Shown: positions 47,460 through 57,533 of the stretch, piece after piece
Layout of the letters: every line of letters starts with the position of its first letter
Position numbering within the stretch: the stretch's first letter is position 1
Assembly: GCF_044324875.1 (NCBI RefSeq)
Contig: NZ_CP172188.1
DNA: 64,000 nt
Source of the DNA: Escherichia coli
Lineage (GTDB): Bacteria; Pseudomonadota; Gammaproteobacteria; Enterobacterales; Enterobacteriaceae
Reading direction: 5' to 3' (one strand)
Notes under the pieces: model-generated
Database searches by the model: none
Seen by the model: only the letters and a program-made list of their open reading frames with translations
Told to the model about the DNA's origin: nothing
Translations under genes and position numbers: made by a program

Positions 47460-48200
47460 TTATCCCACCTTTTTATTAGCATCGCATTTAATTTTTTCAA
47501 GTGAATCAGAAAGCTTTGAGAGAATCTCCTCAAGTGTCTCCCTGTCATTTGTATCACCCGAACGAAAAGATGAGTTTTTCACGGCAGTAAAAAATTCATA
47601 AAAATCATCCAACGAATTTAAGCTCTCACCTTTCTCTCTATATAATTTAATAACATGACGGATATCGCTATCCACACATTCAATCTGTTCCCTAACTTCT
47701 TCTACCTTTCTTTTTAATGATTCATGTTCTTCTTTTTCTTTTTCAAGACGCTCTTCAACGTCTTTCCGTTTCTTAGTAAGATCATTAATGTCTCTGTTAA
47801 TTTTTCTTACTTGTTCTTTTTTGTCTTCAATTTTATCTATCTCTCTCAATTTAGCGTATATTGTGCCAGTCACCATAGAAATTAGTAAAGTTAACATTGG
47901 GGCTAATATTGAAGCCACAACACCATAAATAAAAGGCAAGACAAAATGAGCTACGAATGAGGGTACAAAAACATTCCCAAATAATGGAATCTTTTCCCCA
48001 ACAAACACCATAGATAATGTATACATAACATCATCTTTTGACTTCAACAATATAAATATATCTCGCCAGTTAGAAATTAAAAATGAAATAAAAATGTAGG
48101 CAAAAACCTTATTAAACAACTTATCTTTTACAGCATCTTCTATCAGATTTTGGGCGGATGATTTTTCATTTTCCTTTTCTATTGATGAATCAGTGCTCAT
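47460..48200 (-). CDS. membrane protein with cytoplasmic coiled-coil domain (AT-rich cargo)
   Basis: 246 aa; transmembrane stretches (FAYIFISFLISNW; FVAHFVLPFIYGVVASILAPMLTLLISMV) then E/K-rich heptad region. Confidence 0.5.
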   Translation of the reverse strand: MSTDSSIEKENEKSSAQNLIEDAVKDKLFNKVFAYIFISFLISNWRDIFILLKSKDDVMYTLSMVFVGEKIPLFGNVFVPSFVAHFVLPFIYGVVASILAPMLTLLISMVTGTIYAKLREIDKIEDKKEQVRKINRDINDLTKKRKDVEERLEKEKEEHESLKRKVEEVREQIECVDSDIRHVIKLYREKGESLNSLDDFYEFFTAVKNSSFRSGDTNDRETLEEILSKLSDSLEKIKCDANKKVG

Positions 48201-48260
48201 ATAATCACCAAATATTTAAACCTTGATTTTATGTAAAATCGGCCCTCCAGACTGCCAAAC

Positions 48261-48641
48261 TTAAACACCAACTAGGCTTTCAAGAGGAATGCCAAACTGG
48301 GAATGTAAACGACGAATCATAGGTAACGTTAAATTTCGTGTCCCATTTAGCACTTCGTAAACACGATTTGACTTACCAATCGCCGGTTCCAGATCCTTCA
48401 CGGTCAACCCTTGCTATTCCATACGGGATTTAATGGCTTCAATAGGTGATGGCGGCTCAATTGGGTAATGTTTTTTCTCGTACTCCTCAATGAGAAGACA
48501 CATAACCTCCAAGAAATTACCTTCCGGGGTGTTCGTTTCCGGTTCGTTATCGAACATCGGTTCTACCGCACGCAGTGCGGCCTCATAATCTTGTTCTGTA
48601 CGGATAGTTTTAATGTTCATTAATTCCAAAGGAAAGCCCAC
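48261..48641 (-). pseudogene. HigA-type antitoxin homolog interrupted by an in-frame amber codon
   Basis: N-terminal part (48414..48641) then TAG at 48414..48416, same frame continues QGLTVKDLEPAIGKSNRVYEVLNGTRNLTLPMIRRLHSQFGIPLESL (HTH), parallel to E. coli HigA LTLSDLPEIGSKSMVSRVLSGKRKLTLEHAKKLATRFGISPALF. Confidence 0.5.
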
Positions 48642-48676
48642 TTGTTAAGTGGGCTTTTTGTATGTGTTTTACTATA

Positions 48677-49015
48677 TCAGGCTGCTTTTTTATTCAGGTT
48701 CCGCTGAGAAATAAATTTTTCAGCAGTATTGATACGACTTAACTCTTCCTGAACGCGCATGTCATTTTCGACTTCCCACAGGTCTACTGCGGTCTGGAGA
48801 TTAATCCAAAAATCTACAGAAGTATCGAATGCTTTTGCCAGGCGATATGCCATATCCATCGTTAGCTTACGATTATTATTAACAAGAGCACTTACGGTGT
48901 TACGATGAACATGAAGTATTTCTGCTAACTCGTTGATCTTCAGCTCTAACGGCTCCAGGTATTCGTACAGCAGGATATCACCTACGGTCGTCGGTTTTCT
49001 GGTTGCCTGTTTCAT
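48677..49015 (-). CDS. higA: HigA-family antitoxin (XRE HTH)
   Basis: VGDILLYEYLEPLELKINELAEILHVHRNTVSALVNNNRKLTMDMAYRLAKAF. Confidence 0.75.
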   Translation of the reverse strand: MKQATRKPTTVGDILLYEYLEPLELKINELAEILHVHRNTVSALVNNNRKLTMDMAYRLAKAFDTSVDFWINLQTAVDLWEVENDMRVQEELSRINTAEKFISQRNLNKKAA

Positions 49016-49085
49016 TTTTTGCCCTTACTAGCGTGCGTATTAAGTGGACTCTGGTCAGAACCCGGTCCGTAACCGGGTATCTGTT

Positions 49086-49388
49086 TTAGTATTTGTGAGG
49101 GTCGAGATACAAGTCCTCGGCCTTTCCGTTAACCCACTTAAAAATTAACCTATATTGCTTATTCACCCTTACTGATGAATAGCCATTTAGCTTCCCTGAC
49201 AGTTCCTCATACCGATTACCTGGTGGTGATCTTAAATCCTTACAGGTAGTTGCGGCATTGATAATGTCCAACTTCCGTGACAATGTCATATGAATATCAG
49301 GAGGTATCTTTCTATGTGGTGTTGAAAATTCAAAAAAATCATCAAGCCACGCATCCCTGAAATCCTTTATGTTAATTTTTTTGGTCAT
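49086..49388 (-). CDS. higB: HigB-family toxin (RelE/ParE superfamily)
   Basis: DLRSPPGNRYEELSGKLNGYSSVRVNKQYRLIFKWVNGKAEDLYLDPHKY. Confidence 0.75.
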   Translation of the reverse strand: MTKKINIKDFRDAWLDDFFEFSTPHRKIPPDIHMTLSRKLDIINAATTCKDLRSPPGNRYEELSGKLNGYSSVRVNKQYRLIFKWVNGKAEDLYLDPHKY

Positions 49389-49550
49389 TAGTCATTTGAT
49401 CCTCCGTGATGATTACCGAATGCCATAACTATAGCGCACTGTTGCACTGTGCGCAAGTGCATTTTATGAATTCCCCCTCCTTCATCCAAAATCACAATCT
49501 CCCGAAAATCTTCCTTTCGATACCTGACAGATCGACCTTTGAGGATGCTT

Positions 49551-50342
49551 ATGGGCCGTTTTGACGAATGGTTTGCTGACGATGCAAACCTGGCAAGTAA
49601 GGAGTCAGAACATGACAGCACGCAGAGAGAAACGCCAGCACCGATTGAAGCGAATGCAGGAGGCGCGCCGGAACATGGCAATACCGGTTCGGATTCATTC
49701 AGCATTCTGGAAGAGCAACCCGCCGCCAAAGCTGATAGCCATGATAATTTTGCTGATAGCAACGGTGGCCTTACTTCGGATGCTGGCGAATCAGATATAG
49801 CCATACTTCCATCTTCCCTGGCTGGCAGAGAACCGACTCCACAGTTAAAAGCACGCTATAACGGGCATAAAGCCTTTAACGACCAAATCCGCGCAGACTG
49901 GATGCTGATTATTGAATCCAGCCCAGACGCGTTTCAGGCTCTCTTATATCGACCAGATGTTGGCACATATGGGGTAGTCAGCGACGAAACAGGAGAAGAG
50001 TCATTCACCGAACTGGATAACAACCAACGCGAACTGACTTACCAGGAACCTGAAATCGTTTATGTGCTGGATAACCCTGACGGGCGTGACTCTTTCCATG
50101 CGATTGACGCAGACGGTGAGCAGGATGGCTTAACCGATGATGTTCTGATTCTGCGTATTGCAGCAAATAACGTCCCCGTCGGCTCAATTCTTGAATGGAA
50201 TGAAGAGATGGTAAACGGCGTAGCGCGCCGCTGGTGGTACGTGCACCGTATTTTTAGCTACGGCACACAGCATGTTGGTTCGCTTTACTACTGCATACCT
50301 GCCAGGAATTTTGATACGACTCAAAACGGAGTGATCGAATGA
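49551..50342 (+). CDS. hypothetical protein, possibly virion/baseplate-associated
   Basis: ORF 49539..50342 with start at MGRFDEW (GAGGATG RBS); first of four overlapping genes ending in a gpV-like spike. Confidence 0.4.
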   Translation: MGRFDEWFADDANLASKESEHDSTQRETPAPIEANAGGAPEHGNTGSDSFSILEEQPAAKADSHDNFADSNGGLTSDAGESDIAILPSSLAGREPTPQLKARYNGHKAFNDQIRADWMLIIESSPDAFQALLYRPDVGTYGVVSDETGEESFTELDNNQRELTYQEPEIVYVLDNPDGRDSFHAIDADGEQDGLTDDVLILRIAANNVPVGSILEWNEEMVNGVARRWWYVHRIFSYGTQHVGSLYYCIPARNFDTTQNGVIE

Positions 50343-51106
50343 CTTCAAATAAAACCCTCCTGGCGCGAACAGGTGAATGGCAAACCTCACGCACAGGAAA
50401 ATTCCAGACCACGGGCTTTGAAAACGTGGATAACGCGTTTGCGACGCTAATCAGCAACATTTTTTCTGATATCTTACTGGTGGCCCCCGCGCCGGAAGAA
50501 AAACGCTTTGCGTCATTCCTGAATCGTCCACCAGCAGAGCGTGTCTATGTGGCCCGTTTCGACAATGCGATCGAGTTTCTTAAAGCAGTTCGTCGCGCAA
50601 ATGCCGGGCAAGGGAGAAAACCTGAAAACCAGAACATTAACCGGGATGCTCTCCCCCTGGTCAATATCTCACGCAATATGGATATCAATTATATCAACGA
50701 TGATCAGCAGATTGACCGCAAAAAAGTAGCCAGTTTTTGCGAACCGGATACCGGAATGCCTTTAGCAGAACTGGAATACACCCAGGCCATTCTGACGTAT
50801 GACGTTACGTTAATGGCAACTGATAAAGCGACCATGAGTCTGATGTGTAATTCGCTGGGCGCACGGCTTCGCCTGATGACAGGTACACAATTTGAAGCAA
50901 CCACTCACCTTGTTCGTGTCCCGGTCCCGCTGATTAGCTCGATACAGGATGCCAAAGAAGTCGGCTTTACGGATGTTTCAGCACCAATTGGAGAAGAGCG
51001 TATTTATGCCACACAAGCGCCGATAAGTGTGATTGCAGACGTGATCACAGCATGGGAGTTGGACGCAAAACGTATTATTACCGAAACCTCGATATCTATG
51101 GGGTGA
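50339..51106 (+). CDS. hypothetical protein, possibly baseplate-associated
   Basis: 255 aa; ATGA overlap with upstream gene. Confidence 0.4.
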   Translation: MTSNKTLLARTGEWQTSRTGKFQTTGFENVDNAFATLISNIFSDILLVAPAPEEKRFASFLNRPPAERVYVARFDNAIEFLKAVRRANAGQGRKPENQNINRDALPLVNISRNMDINYINDDQQIDRKKVASFCEPDTGMPLAELEYTQAILTYDVTLMATDKATMSLMCNSLGARLRLMTGTQFEATTHLVRVPVPLISSIQDAKEVGFTDVSAPIGEERIYATQAPISVIADVITAWELDAKRIITETSISMG

Positions 51107-51109
51107 TAA

Positions 51110-52090
51110 GTGGCCCAGGAGTTACAACAATATTTTCTACAGTCAGTGCTCATTAACGATAACAAAGTGCCACGAGACTGGATTTTTACCGCAGTATATG
51201 TAGAAAAAACCAGCCTCAAAGCCCCTTTGCTAAAACTGGAAATTCATGACGCTACCGGCACCGTAATTGATGACTGGAAAGCCAAATACGGTGCATCGCT
51301 GGTGGCTGAAATGGGCGATCCAAACGGTAATGCAGGCACTTTTAAAACAGATTTCTTTGTTACGTCTGCAATGCTGGCTGGTGATGTTGTTACCGTTATT
51401 GCTGTCAGTGAAGACGTGCGCAGGTTTAAGATCCCCTCCCCGCGCACAAATTTACATACCAACAAAACACCAGACGCTATATTCAAGGCATATTCCGGCA
51501 AGCTTAAAATTACCAGCAGCGTGCTAAAACGCGCAGTTACATATCATCTGAATGCCGGTGACAAACCGTCAAAAATGCTTTCGGAGATAGCGCGAGACAA
51601 AGGTGCATTATGTTGGGTATGCCGGGGGGAATTTAACTTTTACACCCTGGATGATCTGATGAAGCAAACGCCATCATTTACCTACGAGGGGAATAACCCT
51701 AAAGCAGAATACACTTTGTCCAAAATGCGCCTACTCCAACAGGAACATGCGACAACAGCAAAGAATCAATATCGTTTTGTTGGGTATTCCATGACCGATG
51801 GCTACGTCGAATATGGCGATAGCTCACTCCCAGTGCGTTATATATCCGACTCTGATATGGAAACTCTTCGCAATATGCAGCTGTCTCTCGTCCCCAAAAT
51901 GGATATAGAAGTCGCAGGCAATCCGGATATAAAACCGGGAATGGTAATAGAGATTATCGTATACCGCTATGACCAGGAAAACCGCATTGATGAATCAATG
52001 CCCCGCAAGCTGATAGTAAAAAATGTTGCGCACTTTGAAGACCGCGTAGGCTACACAACACGAATGATATTAGGAGTGCCGAACAAATGA
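51110..52090 (+). CDS. putative baseplate hub (gpD / gp27-like) protein
   Basis: 326 aa immediately upstream of the gpV-like spike; assignment by position and size. Confidence 0.35.
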   Translation: MAQELQQYFLQSVLINDNKVPRDWIFTAVYVEKTSLKAPLLKLEIHDATGTVIDDWKAKYGASLVAEMGDPNGNAGTFKTDFFVTSAMLAGDVVTVIAVSEDVRRFKIPSPRTNLHTNKTPDAIFKAYSGKLKITSSVLKRAVTYHLNAGDKPSKMLSEIARDKGALCWVCRGEFNFYTLDDLMKQTPSFTYEGNNPKAEYTLSKMRLLQQEHATTAKNQYRFVGYSMTDGYVEYGDSSLPVRYISDSDMETLRNMQLSLVPKMDIEVAGNPDIKPGMVIEIIVYRYDQENRIDESMPRKLIVKNVAHFEDRVGYTTRMILGVPNK

Positions 52091-52740
52091 AGCGTAGAGC
52101 GCAAATTGTTGGAACTGTGCACCCGGCAGGGCTTATGCGTGCTCAGGTCCGTGTTTTACCAGACTGGAATGGCGTTCCTGATGACGATCTACCCTGGGCA
52201 GAATACCTGTTACCCATAGGTAACGCGTTTGTACCTACAGTAAAAGGCGACCTGGTATGGGTAGAGTTTCCTTATCTGGATGTTAATGGTCGAATTGATA
52301 CCAGACGCCCAATGATAGTTGGCGCAGCTCAGGATGCGCCTGGCGGAGTACCAAACGTCGCGCCGGAGGCGTCAGGCAATGGTAGCGGCTGGACGCCACC
52401 AGAAGTAGACGGAGCGCCTCCCCGCCCGCAATTTTCGGCGACAAAAGATTTCGTGATTCACCGCAACAATGTGCTCGAAGTGCGAACGGCTGGCGGTGGA
52501 TATGAAATAGCGAATACGGCAGCAGGCTCAAGGATTGGAATGAATGAATCAGGGCAGATATACATCATTGGTCCGGCTGATGTAGTAGTGAATGCGGGAG
52601 GGAGTGTTAACGTCAAATCAGCCGATAACATCAGCGTTAATGGCAAAAACATTACTGTGACAGCCGACGAAAATATTGATTTCAAGGCTGGAGGCACCTT
52701 CCAGGCTATCGCAAGCAACTTTGATTTCAAGAAGGGATAG
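52087..52740 (+). CDS. baseplate spike protein (gpV / Mu gp45-like OB-fold)
   Basis: N-terminal GTVHPAGLMRAQVRVLPDWNGVPDDDLPWAEYLLPIGNAFVPTVKGDLVWVEFPYLDVNG resembles gpV family. Confidence 0.55.
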   Translation: MKRRAQIVGTVHPAGLMRAQVRVLPDWNGVPDDDLPWAEYLLPIGNAFVPTVKGDLVWVEFPYLDVNGRIDTRRPMIVGAAQDAPGGVPNVAPEASGNGSGWTPPEVDGAPPRPQFSATKDFVIHRNNVLEVRTAGGGYEIANTAAGSRIGMNESGQIYIIGPADVVVNAGGSVNVKSADNISVNGKNITVTADENIDFKAGGTFQAIASNFDFKKG

Positions 52741-52750
52741 AAAACACATC

Positions 52751-52792
52751 CAATTGTGTTAGATAATTGAACAGAATTTTCTAACACAATTG
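52751..52792. promoter_or_regulatory. palindromic operator-like site upstream of rdgC
   Basis: CAATTGTGTTAGA ... TCTAACACAATTG, perfect 13-bp inverted arms. Confidence 0.6.
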
Positions 52793-52799
52793 GTGAAAC

Positions 52800-53705
52800 A
52801 TGAGATCAGTCGCTTTCAAAAACATCTTCATCTATCGTCTTTCACGTGAAGTTAACTGGAGTGCCGCAGAAGTATCCGATGCTCTTAGCAAATTCGTGTT
52901 TACTCCTTGCGGTTCTCAGGACACAGCTAAAGTCGGTTGGACACCTGTTCTTGGTGACAACCTCACCCATGAATACCAGGGTTTTCTGCTAATACAGCAT
53001 AAGCGAGAAGAAAAAATTCTCCCCTCGCAGGTGCTCAAGGAAGAGTTGCAGAAAAAAGTCCTGAAACTCGAAGAAGAGCAAGCCCGCAAGCTGAAGAAAA
53101 CGGAAAGAGACAGTCTTAAAGATGAAGTCCTGCATTCCCTTTTGCCTCGCGCGTTCACGAGAAAATCACTCGCCAAAATCCTGATCGACCGCAGCAACCA
53201 TCTGGTATTCGTTGAGGCAAGCAGCGCCAAAAAGGCAGAGGACCAGCTGGCTTTATTGCGAAAATCGCTCGGCAGCCTGCCTGTCATTCCATTCACACCA
53301 CGCGAACCGCTGGAAATTACAATGACCGAGTGGTTTAAAAACGGCTTCCCTGCCGGATTTACAGCAGGTGAAGACGCCACATTAAAGGGTCTGCTCGATA
53401 ATGGTGGTGCCGTTCGCTGCAACAAAGTTGATCTACAGTCCGACGAGATTATGTCTCACATTGAGGCGGGGAAAGTAGCTACGACCGTTGCAATTAACTG
53501 GATGGAACGCGCGTCGTTCAGAGTCAACGATGATATGAGTATCAAAGCCCTGACATTCTGTGATGATCTCTATGACCAGAACGACGATATCGACCGGGAG
53601 GATGTAGCACAACGATTTGATGCTGATTTCGTGCTCTTTACGGGCGAATTATCTGCACTGTTTAACGCGCTGGTGGAGGCCATTGGCGGTGAAGCAGAAC
53701 GATAA
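52800..53705 (+). CDS. rdgC: RdgC recombination-associated protein
   Basis: 301 aa; near-colinear with E. coli RdgC ([61 protein letters not shown]). Confidence 0.9.
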   Translation: MRSVAFKNIFIYRLSREVNWSAAEVSDALSKFVFTPCGSQDTAKVGWTPVLGDNLTHEYQGFLLIQHKREEKILPSQVLKEELQKKVLKLEEEQARKLKKTERDSLKDEVLHSLLPRAFTRKSLAKILIDRSNHLVFVEASSAKKAEDQLALLRKSLGSLPVIPFTPREPLEITMTEWFKNGFPAGFTAGEDATLKGLLDNGGAVRCNKVDLQSDEIMSHIEAGKVATTVAINWMERASFRVNDDMSIKALTFCDDLYDQNDDIDREDVAQRFDADFVLFTGELSALFNALVEAIGGEAER

Positions 53706-53718
53706 TAACCGACAGCTT

Positions 53719-54369
53719 GTTGTGAGTCTTTGTGATTTTACGGGGGCAATGGTTGCCCCCTGGCTGGAATACGGTGTCGATGCCGCTATCGTCGATCCAC
53801 AGCACTTATCGACCAGTGACGAGCGGATGCAATCAGGTGCCGTTCTGACGCGTATTAGTGCGATCATCGATAGCGATGAAGTATACGCTTTTCTTCGTAA
53901 GAATTTGCAGCGCATCGTGTTTCTGGCCGGGTTCCCACCGTGTACTGACCTGGCTGTTTCCGGCGCGCGCTGGTTTTCTGACAAGGCTAATAAAGATCCG
54001 GTTTTCCAGTTCAAAGCAATGCAGGTTGTCTGGCAGTGTTACGACATTGCAAAGATGATTGGTTGCCCGTACATGATTGAAAACCCGGTCAGCCAAATAT
54101 CGACATTCTGGCGTAAACCTGATCACATCTTCCATCCTTACCACTTCACTGCATATTGCAAGGAAGACAATTACACCAAAAAAACATGCCTCTGGAGCGG
54201 GCAAGGCTTTGTCATGCCTGATGCCCTAATGGACGAATCATTAGGCAAGCCAGATAACAGAATCCATACCGCGCCACCTGGACCTGAAAGGGCTAATTTT
54301 CGAAGTGCTACTCCGCATGGATTCGCAAAGGCAGTTTTCGAAGCGAATAAGGGGGTGCTCTATGAGTAA
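53719..54369 (+). CDS. compact C5-cytosine-methyltransferase-like protein (start uncertain, GTG/TTG near 53719)
   Basis: Motif-IV-like FLAGFPPCTDLAVSGA (Pro-Cys) and motif-VI-like IENPV; no clear target-recognition domain. Confidence 0.4.
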   Translation, partial: VVSLCDFTGAMVAPWLEYGVDAAIVDPQHLSTSDERMQSGAVLTRISAIIDSDEVYAFLRKNLQRIVFLAGFPPCTDLAVSGARWFSDKANKDPVFQFKAMQVVWQCYDIAKMIGCPYMIENPVSQISTFWRKPDHIFHPYHFTAYCKEDNYTKKTCLWSGQGFVMPDALMDESLGKPDNRIHTAPPGPERANFRSATPHGFAKAVFEANKGVLYE

Positions 54370-55267
54370 ATCTATAGCAAGCATAGCCATAGAAAAACAG
54401 GATACGATGGCTGAAATTAGCTATATGCGCACCATTCGGACTCAGGATGAATATGAGCGCCCGATCTTCAAATGGGTAGGCGGTAAATTCTCAGAGTTGC
54501 CTACAGTGCTTGAGCATCTACCACACGGCAAGCGGTTAATAGAACCATTCGTTGGTGGCGGTTCCGTATTTACAAATGCAGGATTTCGCCACAACCTGCT
54601 TAATGATATTAACGGTGACCTGATTAACTTCTATCAGACATTGCAGCGAGAAGGACATTCGCTCGTCACGCTGTCATATAGTTTTTTCCAAAATTACAAC
54701 AACGCTGACGCTTACCTCGAAGTGCGTGAGGCATTTAACAGAGGAAAGTATGACCAGCTACATCATGCTGCCGCCTTTTTGTACCTTAATCGGCACTGTT
54801 TTAATGGCGTAACGCGGTACAACCAAAATGGCGAGTTCAACGTGGGGTATGGCAAATACAAAGCGCCCTACTTCCCACATGCAGAGATGGAGGCATTTTT
54901 GGCTGATGACGTACTCAAAAACACGTCCTTTGTATCAGGTGACTTTGCTGGCGTCATCGAGGCGGCTGGTGAAGGCGATGTGATTTTTTGCGATCCGCCG
55001 TATGAACCGCTGCCGGATACAGAAGGGTTTACCAGTTATTCAGGAAATAGCTTCCGTTTCGACGAACAGAAACGGCTGGTATCTCTATTGGTGGAAGCCC
55101 ACCAGCGCGGCGCTAAGGTAGTGATAACAAATAGTGGTGCGCCAAACATCCGTGAACTATATGAAGGAAACGGGTTTAAAGTACATCATATGGCAGCCAG
55201 ACGGTCGGTTTCCTGCAAGGCGTCAACACGTGTAGTTGCTAACGATATAATTGCAATAATGAAGTAA
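54362..55267 (+). CDS. dam: DNA adenine methyltransferase (Dam family)
   Basis: FKWVGGK ... EPFVGGGSVF (SAM binding) and catalytic DPPY; overlaps upstream gene by 8 nt. Confidence 0.85.
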   Translation: MSKSIASIAIEKQDTMAEISYMRTIRTQDEYERPIFKWVGGKFSELPTVLEHLPHGKRLIEPFVGGGSVFTNAGFRHNLLNDINGDLINFYQTLQREGHSLVTLSYSFFQNYNNADAYLEVREAFNRGKYDQLHHAAAFLYLNRHCFNGVTRYNQNGEFNVGYGKYKAPYFPHAEMEAFLADDVLKNTSFVSGDFAGVIEAAGEGDVIFCDPPYEPLPDTEGFTSYSGNSFRFDEQKRLVSLLVEAHQRGAKVVITNSGAPNIRELYEGNGFKVHHMAARRSVSCKASTRVVANDIIAIMK

Positions 55268-55297
55268 AAAACGCCGCAGTAGCGGCGTTTACTTTTT
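55266..55297. terminator. bidirectional rho-independent terminator between dam and glnS
   Basis: AAAAACGCCGCAGTAGCGGCGTTTACTTTTTC. Confidence 0.7.
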
Positions 55298-55315
55298 CAT
55301 GTGGCGAAATACCTA

Positions 55316-56977
55316 TTAACCTAACTTCGCCCAGGTATCACGCAGCCCAACGGTGCGGTTAAATACCGGTTTTTCCGCCGTAGAATGGCGGCTATCGAGG
55401 CAGAAGTAACCTTCACGCTCAAACTGGAATGCTTTACCCGCAACCGCATCTTTCAGCGACGGTTCAGCAAAGCCCTGTTTGATCACCAGCGATTCCGGGT
55501 TAATCACCGACAGGAAATCATCCGCAGCACCTGGGTTAGGCACGCTGAACAGACGATCGTACAGGCGGATTTCAACCGGCAGCGCATGTGCCGCGCTCAC
55601 CCAGTGAATAACGCCTTTCACTTTACGACCATCTGCCGGATCTTTGCTTAAGGTGTCGGCGTCATAAGTACAGAAGATGGTGGTGATATTGCCTTCGGCA
55701 TCTTTCTCCACGCGTTCAGCCTTAATGACGTAAGCATTACGCAGACGCACTTCTTTACCCAGCACCAGACGTTTGTACTGCTTGTTAGCTTCTTCGCGGA
55801 AATCGGCGCGGTCGATCCAAATCTCACCGCTAAACGGCACCTGACGGCTACCCATTTCCGGTTTGTTCGGATGGTTCGGCATGGTGACCATTTCGCCTTC
55901 GCCCTGGTAGTTTTCGATAACCAGTTTCACCGGATCGATAACCGCCATTGCGCGCGGCGCATTTTCGTTGAGATCTTCACGGATGCAGGATTCCAGCGAC
56001 GCCATCTCAATGGTGTTGTCCTGCTTGGTCACGCCGATGCGTTTGCAGAACTCACGAATAGAAGCCGCAGTGTAACCACGACGACGCAGACCGGAAATGG
56101 TCGGCATACGCGGGTCATCCCAGCCTTCAACGTGTTTGTCGGTCACCAGCAGGTTCAGCTTACGCTTGGACATCACGGTGTATTCCAGATTCAGGCGCGA
56201 GAATTCGTACTGGCGCGGGTGAACAGGAATGGTGATGTTGTCCAGCACCCAGTCGTACAGGCGACGGTTGTCCTGGAACTCAAGCGTACACAGAGAGTGC
56301 GTAATACCTTCCAGCGCATCGCTGATGCAATGGGTGAAGTCGTACATCGGGTAGATGCACCACTTGTTGCCAGTCTGGTGGTGTTCAGCAAATTTAATGC
56401 GGTACAGCACCGGATCGCGCATTACGATAAATGGCGACGCCATGTCGATTTTCGCACGCAGGCAGGCTTTACCTTCTTCAAAACCACCGGCACGCATTTT
56501 TTCGAACAGCGCCAGGTTCTCTTCAACGCTGCGATCGCGGTACGGGCTGTTTTTACCCGGCTGCGTCAGGGTGCCGCGGTATTCGCGGATCTGTTCCGGC
56601 GTCAGTTCGTCAACATACGCCAGGCCTTTGTTGATCAGTTCAACAGCATAGGCGTGGAGCTGATCAAAATAATCGGAGGAGTAACGGATGTTGCCAGACC
56701 AGTGAAAACCTAACCATTCAACGTCGTTTTTAATCGACTCGACGTACTCGATATCTTCTTTTACCGGGTTAGTGTCGTCGAAACGCAGGTTGCACTGGCC
56801 TTTATAGTCCTGGGCGATCCCGAAGTTCAGGCAGATAGATTTCGCATGACCAATATGCAGATAGCCATTCGGTTCCGGCGGGAAACGGGTATGTACTGTG
56901 GTGTGCTTACCACTGGCCAGATCTTCATCGATGATCTGACGAATAAAGTTAGTCGGGCGGGCTTCTGCCTCACTCAT
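55316..56977 (-). CDS. glnS: glutaminyl-tRNA synthetase
   Basis: 553 aa; class I HIGH (HIGHAKS) and KMSKS-type (VMSKRK) motifs; essentially colinear with enterobacterial GlnRS. Confidence 0.95.
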   Translation of the reverse strand: MSEAEARPTNFIRQIIDEDLASGKHTTVHTRFPPEPNGYLHIGHAKSICLNFGIAQDYKGQCNLRFDDTNPVKEDIEYVESIKNDVEWLGFHWSGNIRYSSDYFDQLHAYAVELINKGLAYVDELTPEQIREYRGTLTQPGKNSPYRDRSVEENLALFEKMRAGGFEEGKACLRAKIDMASPFIVMRDPVLYRIKFAEHHQTGNKWCIYPMYDFTHCISDALEGITHSLCTLEFQDNRRLYDWVLDNITIPVHPRQYEFSRLNLEYTVMSKRKLNLLVTDKHVEGWDDPRMPTISGLRRRGYTAASIREFCKRIGVTKQDNTIEMASLESCIREDLNENAPRAMAVIDPVKLVIENYQGEGEMVTMPNHPNKPEMGSRQVPFSGEIWIDRADFREEANKQYKRLVLGKEVRLRNAYVIKAERVEKDAEGNITTIFCTYDADTLSKDPADGRKVKGVIHWVSAAHALPVEIRLYDRLFSVPNPGAADDFLSVINPESLVIKQGFAEPSLKDAVAGKAFQFEREGYFCLDSRHSTAEKPVFNRTVGLRDTWAKLG

Positions 56978-57168
56978 TGTGGATTCCTCAAAGCGTAAAC
57001 AACGTATAACAGCGTATGATCTTATAAGCCGAATAGGCTGACAACCACTAGTTGATTAGAAATTGCTTTCTATCGTTATTTCAATAATGAGCTTTTTCAT
57101 TAAGCCCACTTTTGCGCATAAGTAAATTAATGACAAATGGTACACAATTGGAACCAAAAAGGATGTAA

Positions 57169-57201
57169 AGGTGCACCAAATTAGTGGTGTATTGGTGCAC
57201 C
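57169..57201. repeat. palindrome GGTGCACCAA-N13-TTGGTGCACC
   Basis: Perfect 10-bp inverted arms downstream of the parG-like gene / upstream of glnS; adjacent TTGGAACCA-type motifs. Confidence 0.5.
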
Positions 57202-57245
57202 TTTGGTTCAAGACTTTTTAAGTTCTAAAACCAACCTGAAAGACT

Positions 57246-57533
57246 TTATTTTGCTTCCTCAGACTCCGCTAACATGAGGATAGCATGGCGGATCATATTC
57301 AATTTGCTACGATTATGCTTTTTACTTAACGCATCAAGTACCTGGTACTCGTATTCATTGAAACCAACACGAATAGATTTAAAATCACGTGGAGCGTCCT
57401 TATCGAGCACTTTGTTGTCTTCTGGTTGCTCACCCGGCACCAAATCAGCCTTACTTGCAAAATCCTCAATTCGGCGTTCAAGATCGGGGTCTTTTACTTC
57501 GGGGGCTTTTACCGATTTACGAGGCTTAATCAC
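57246..57533 (-). CDS. ParG-like ribbon-helix-helix partition protein
   Basis: 95 aa; C-terminal RHH-like SIRVGFNEYEYQVLDALSKKHNRSKLNMIRHAILML; start overlaps ParF-like stop. Confidence 0.5.
   Translation of the reverse strand: MIKPRKSVKAPEVKDPDLERRIEDFASKADLVPGEQPEDNKVLDKDAPRDFKSIRVGFNEYEYQVLDALSKKHNRSKLNMIRHAILMLAESEEAK

Noticed and set aside
49388-49804. 138-aa minus-strand ORF upstream of the higB toxin
   Set aside because: It is largely antisense to the 49551..50342 gene and has low-complexity Ala/Ser-rich composition and no RBS; likely spurious.
52916-54204. Minus-strand ORFs 52916..53425, 53649..54014, 53833..54204
   Set aside because: Antisense to rdgC and the methyltransferase-like gene, which have strong homology or motif support; no features of real genes.
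55385-56713. Plus-strand ORFs within glnS (55385..55651, 55871..56713, 56355..56651)
   Set aside because: Antisense to a highly conserved GlnRS coding sequence; no motifs; length explained by codon bias of the opposite strand.
55316-56977. glnS as evidence that the window is host chromosome
   Set aside because: Both flanks are mobile-element genes (dam/rdgC on one side, partition genes on the other), not the chromosomal glnS neighbourhood; captured cargo is more parsimonious, although a chimeric assembly cannot be excluded from sequence alone.
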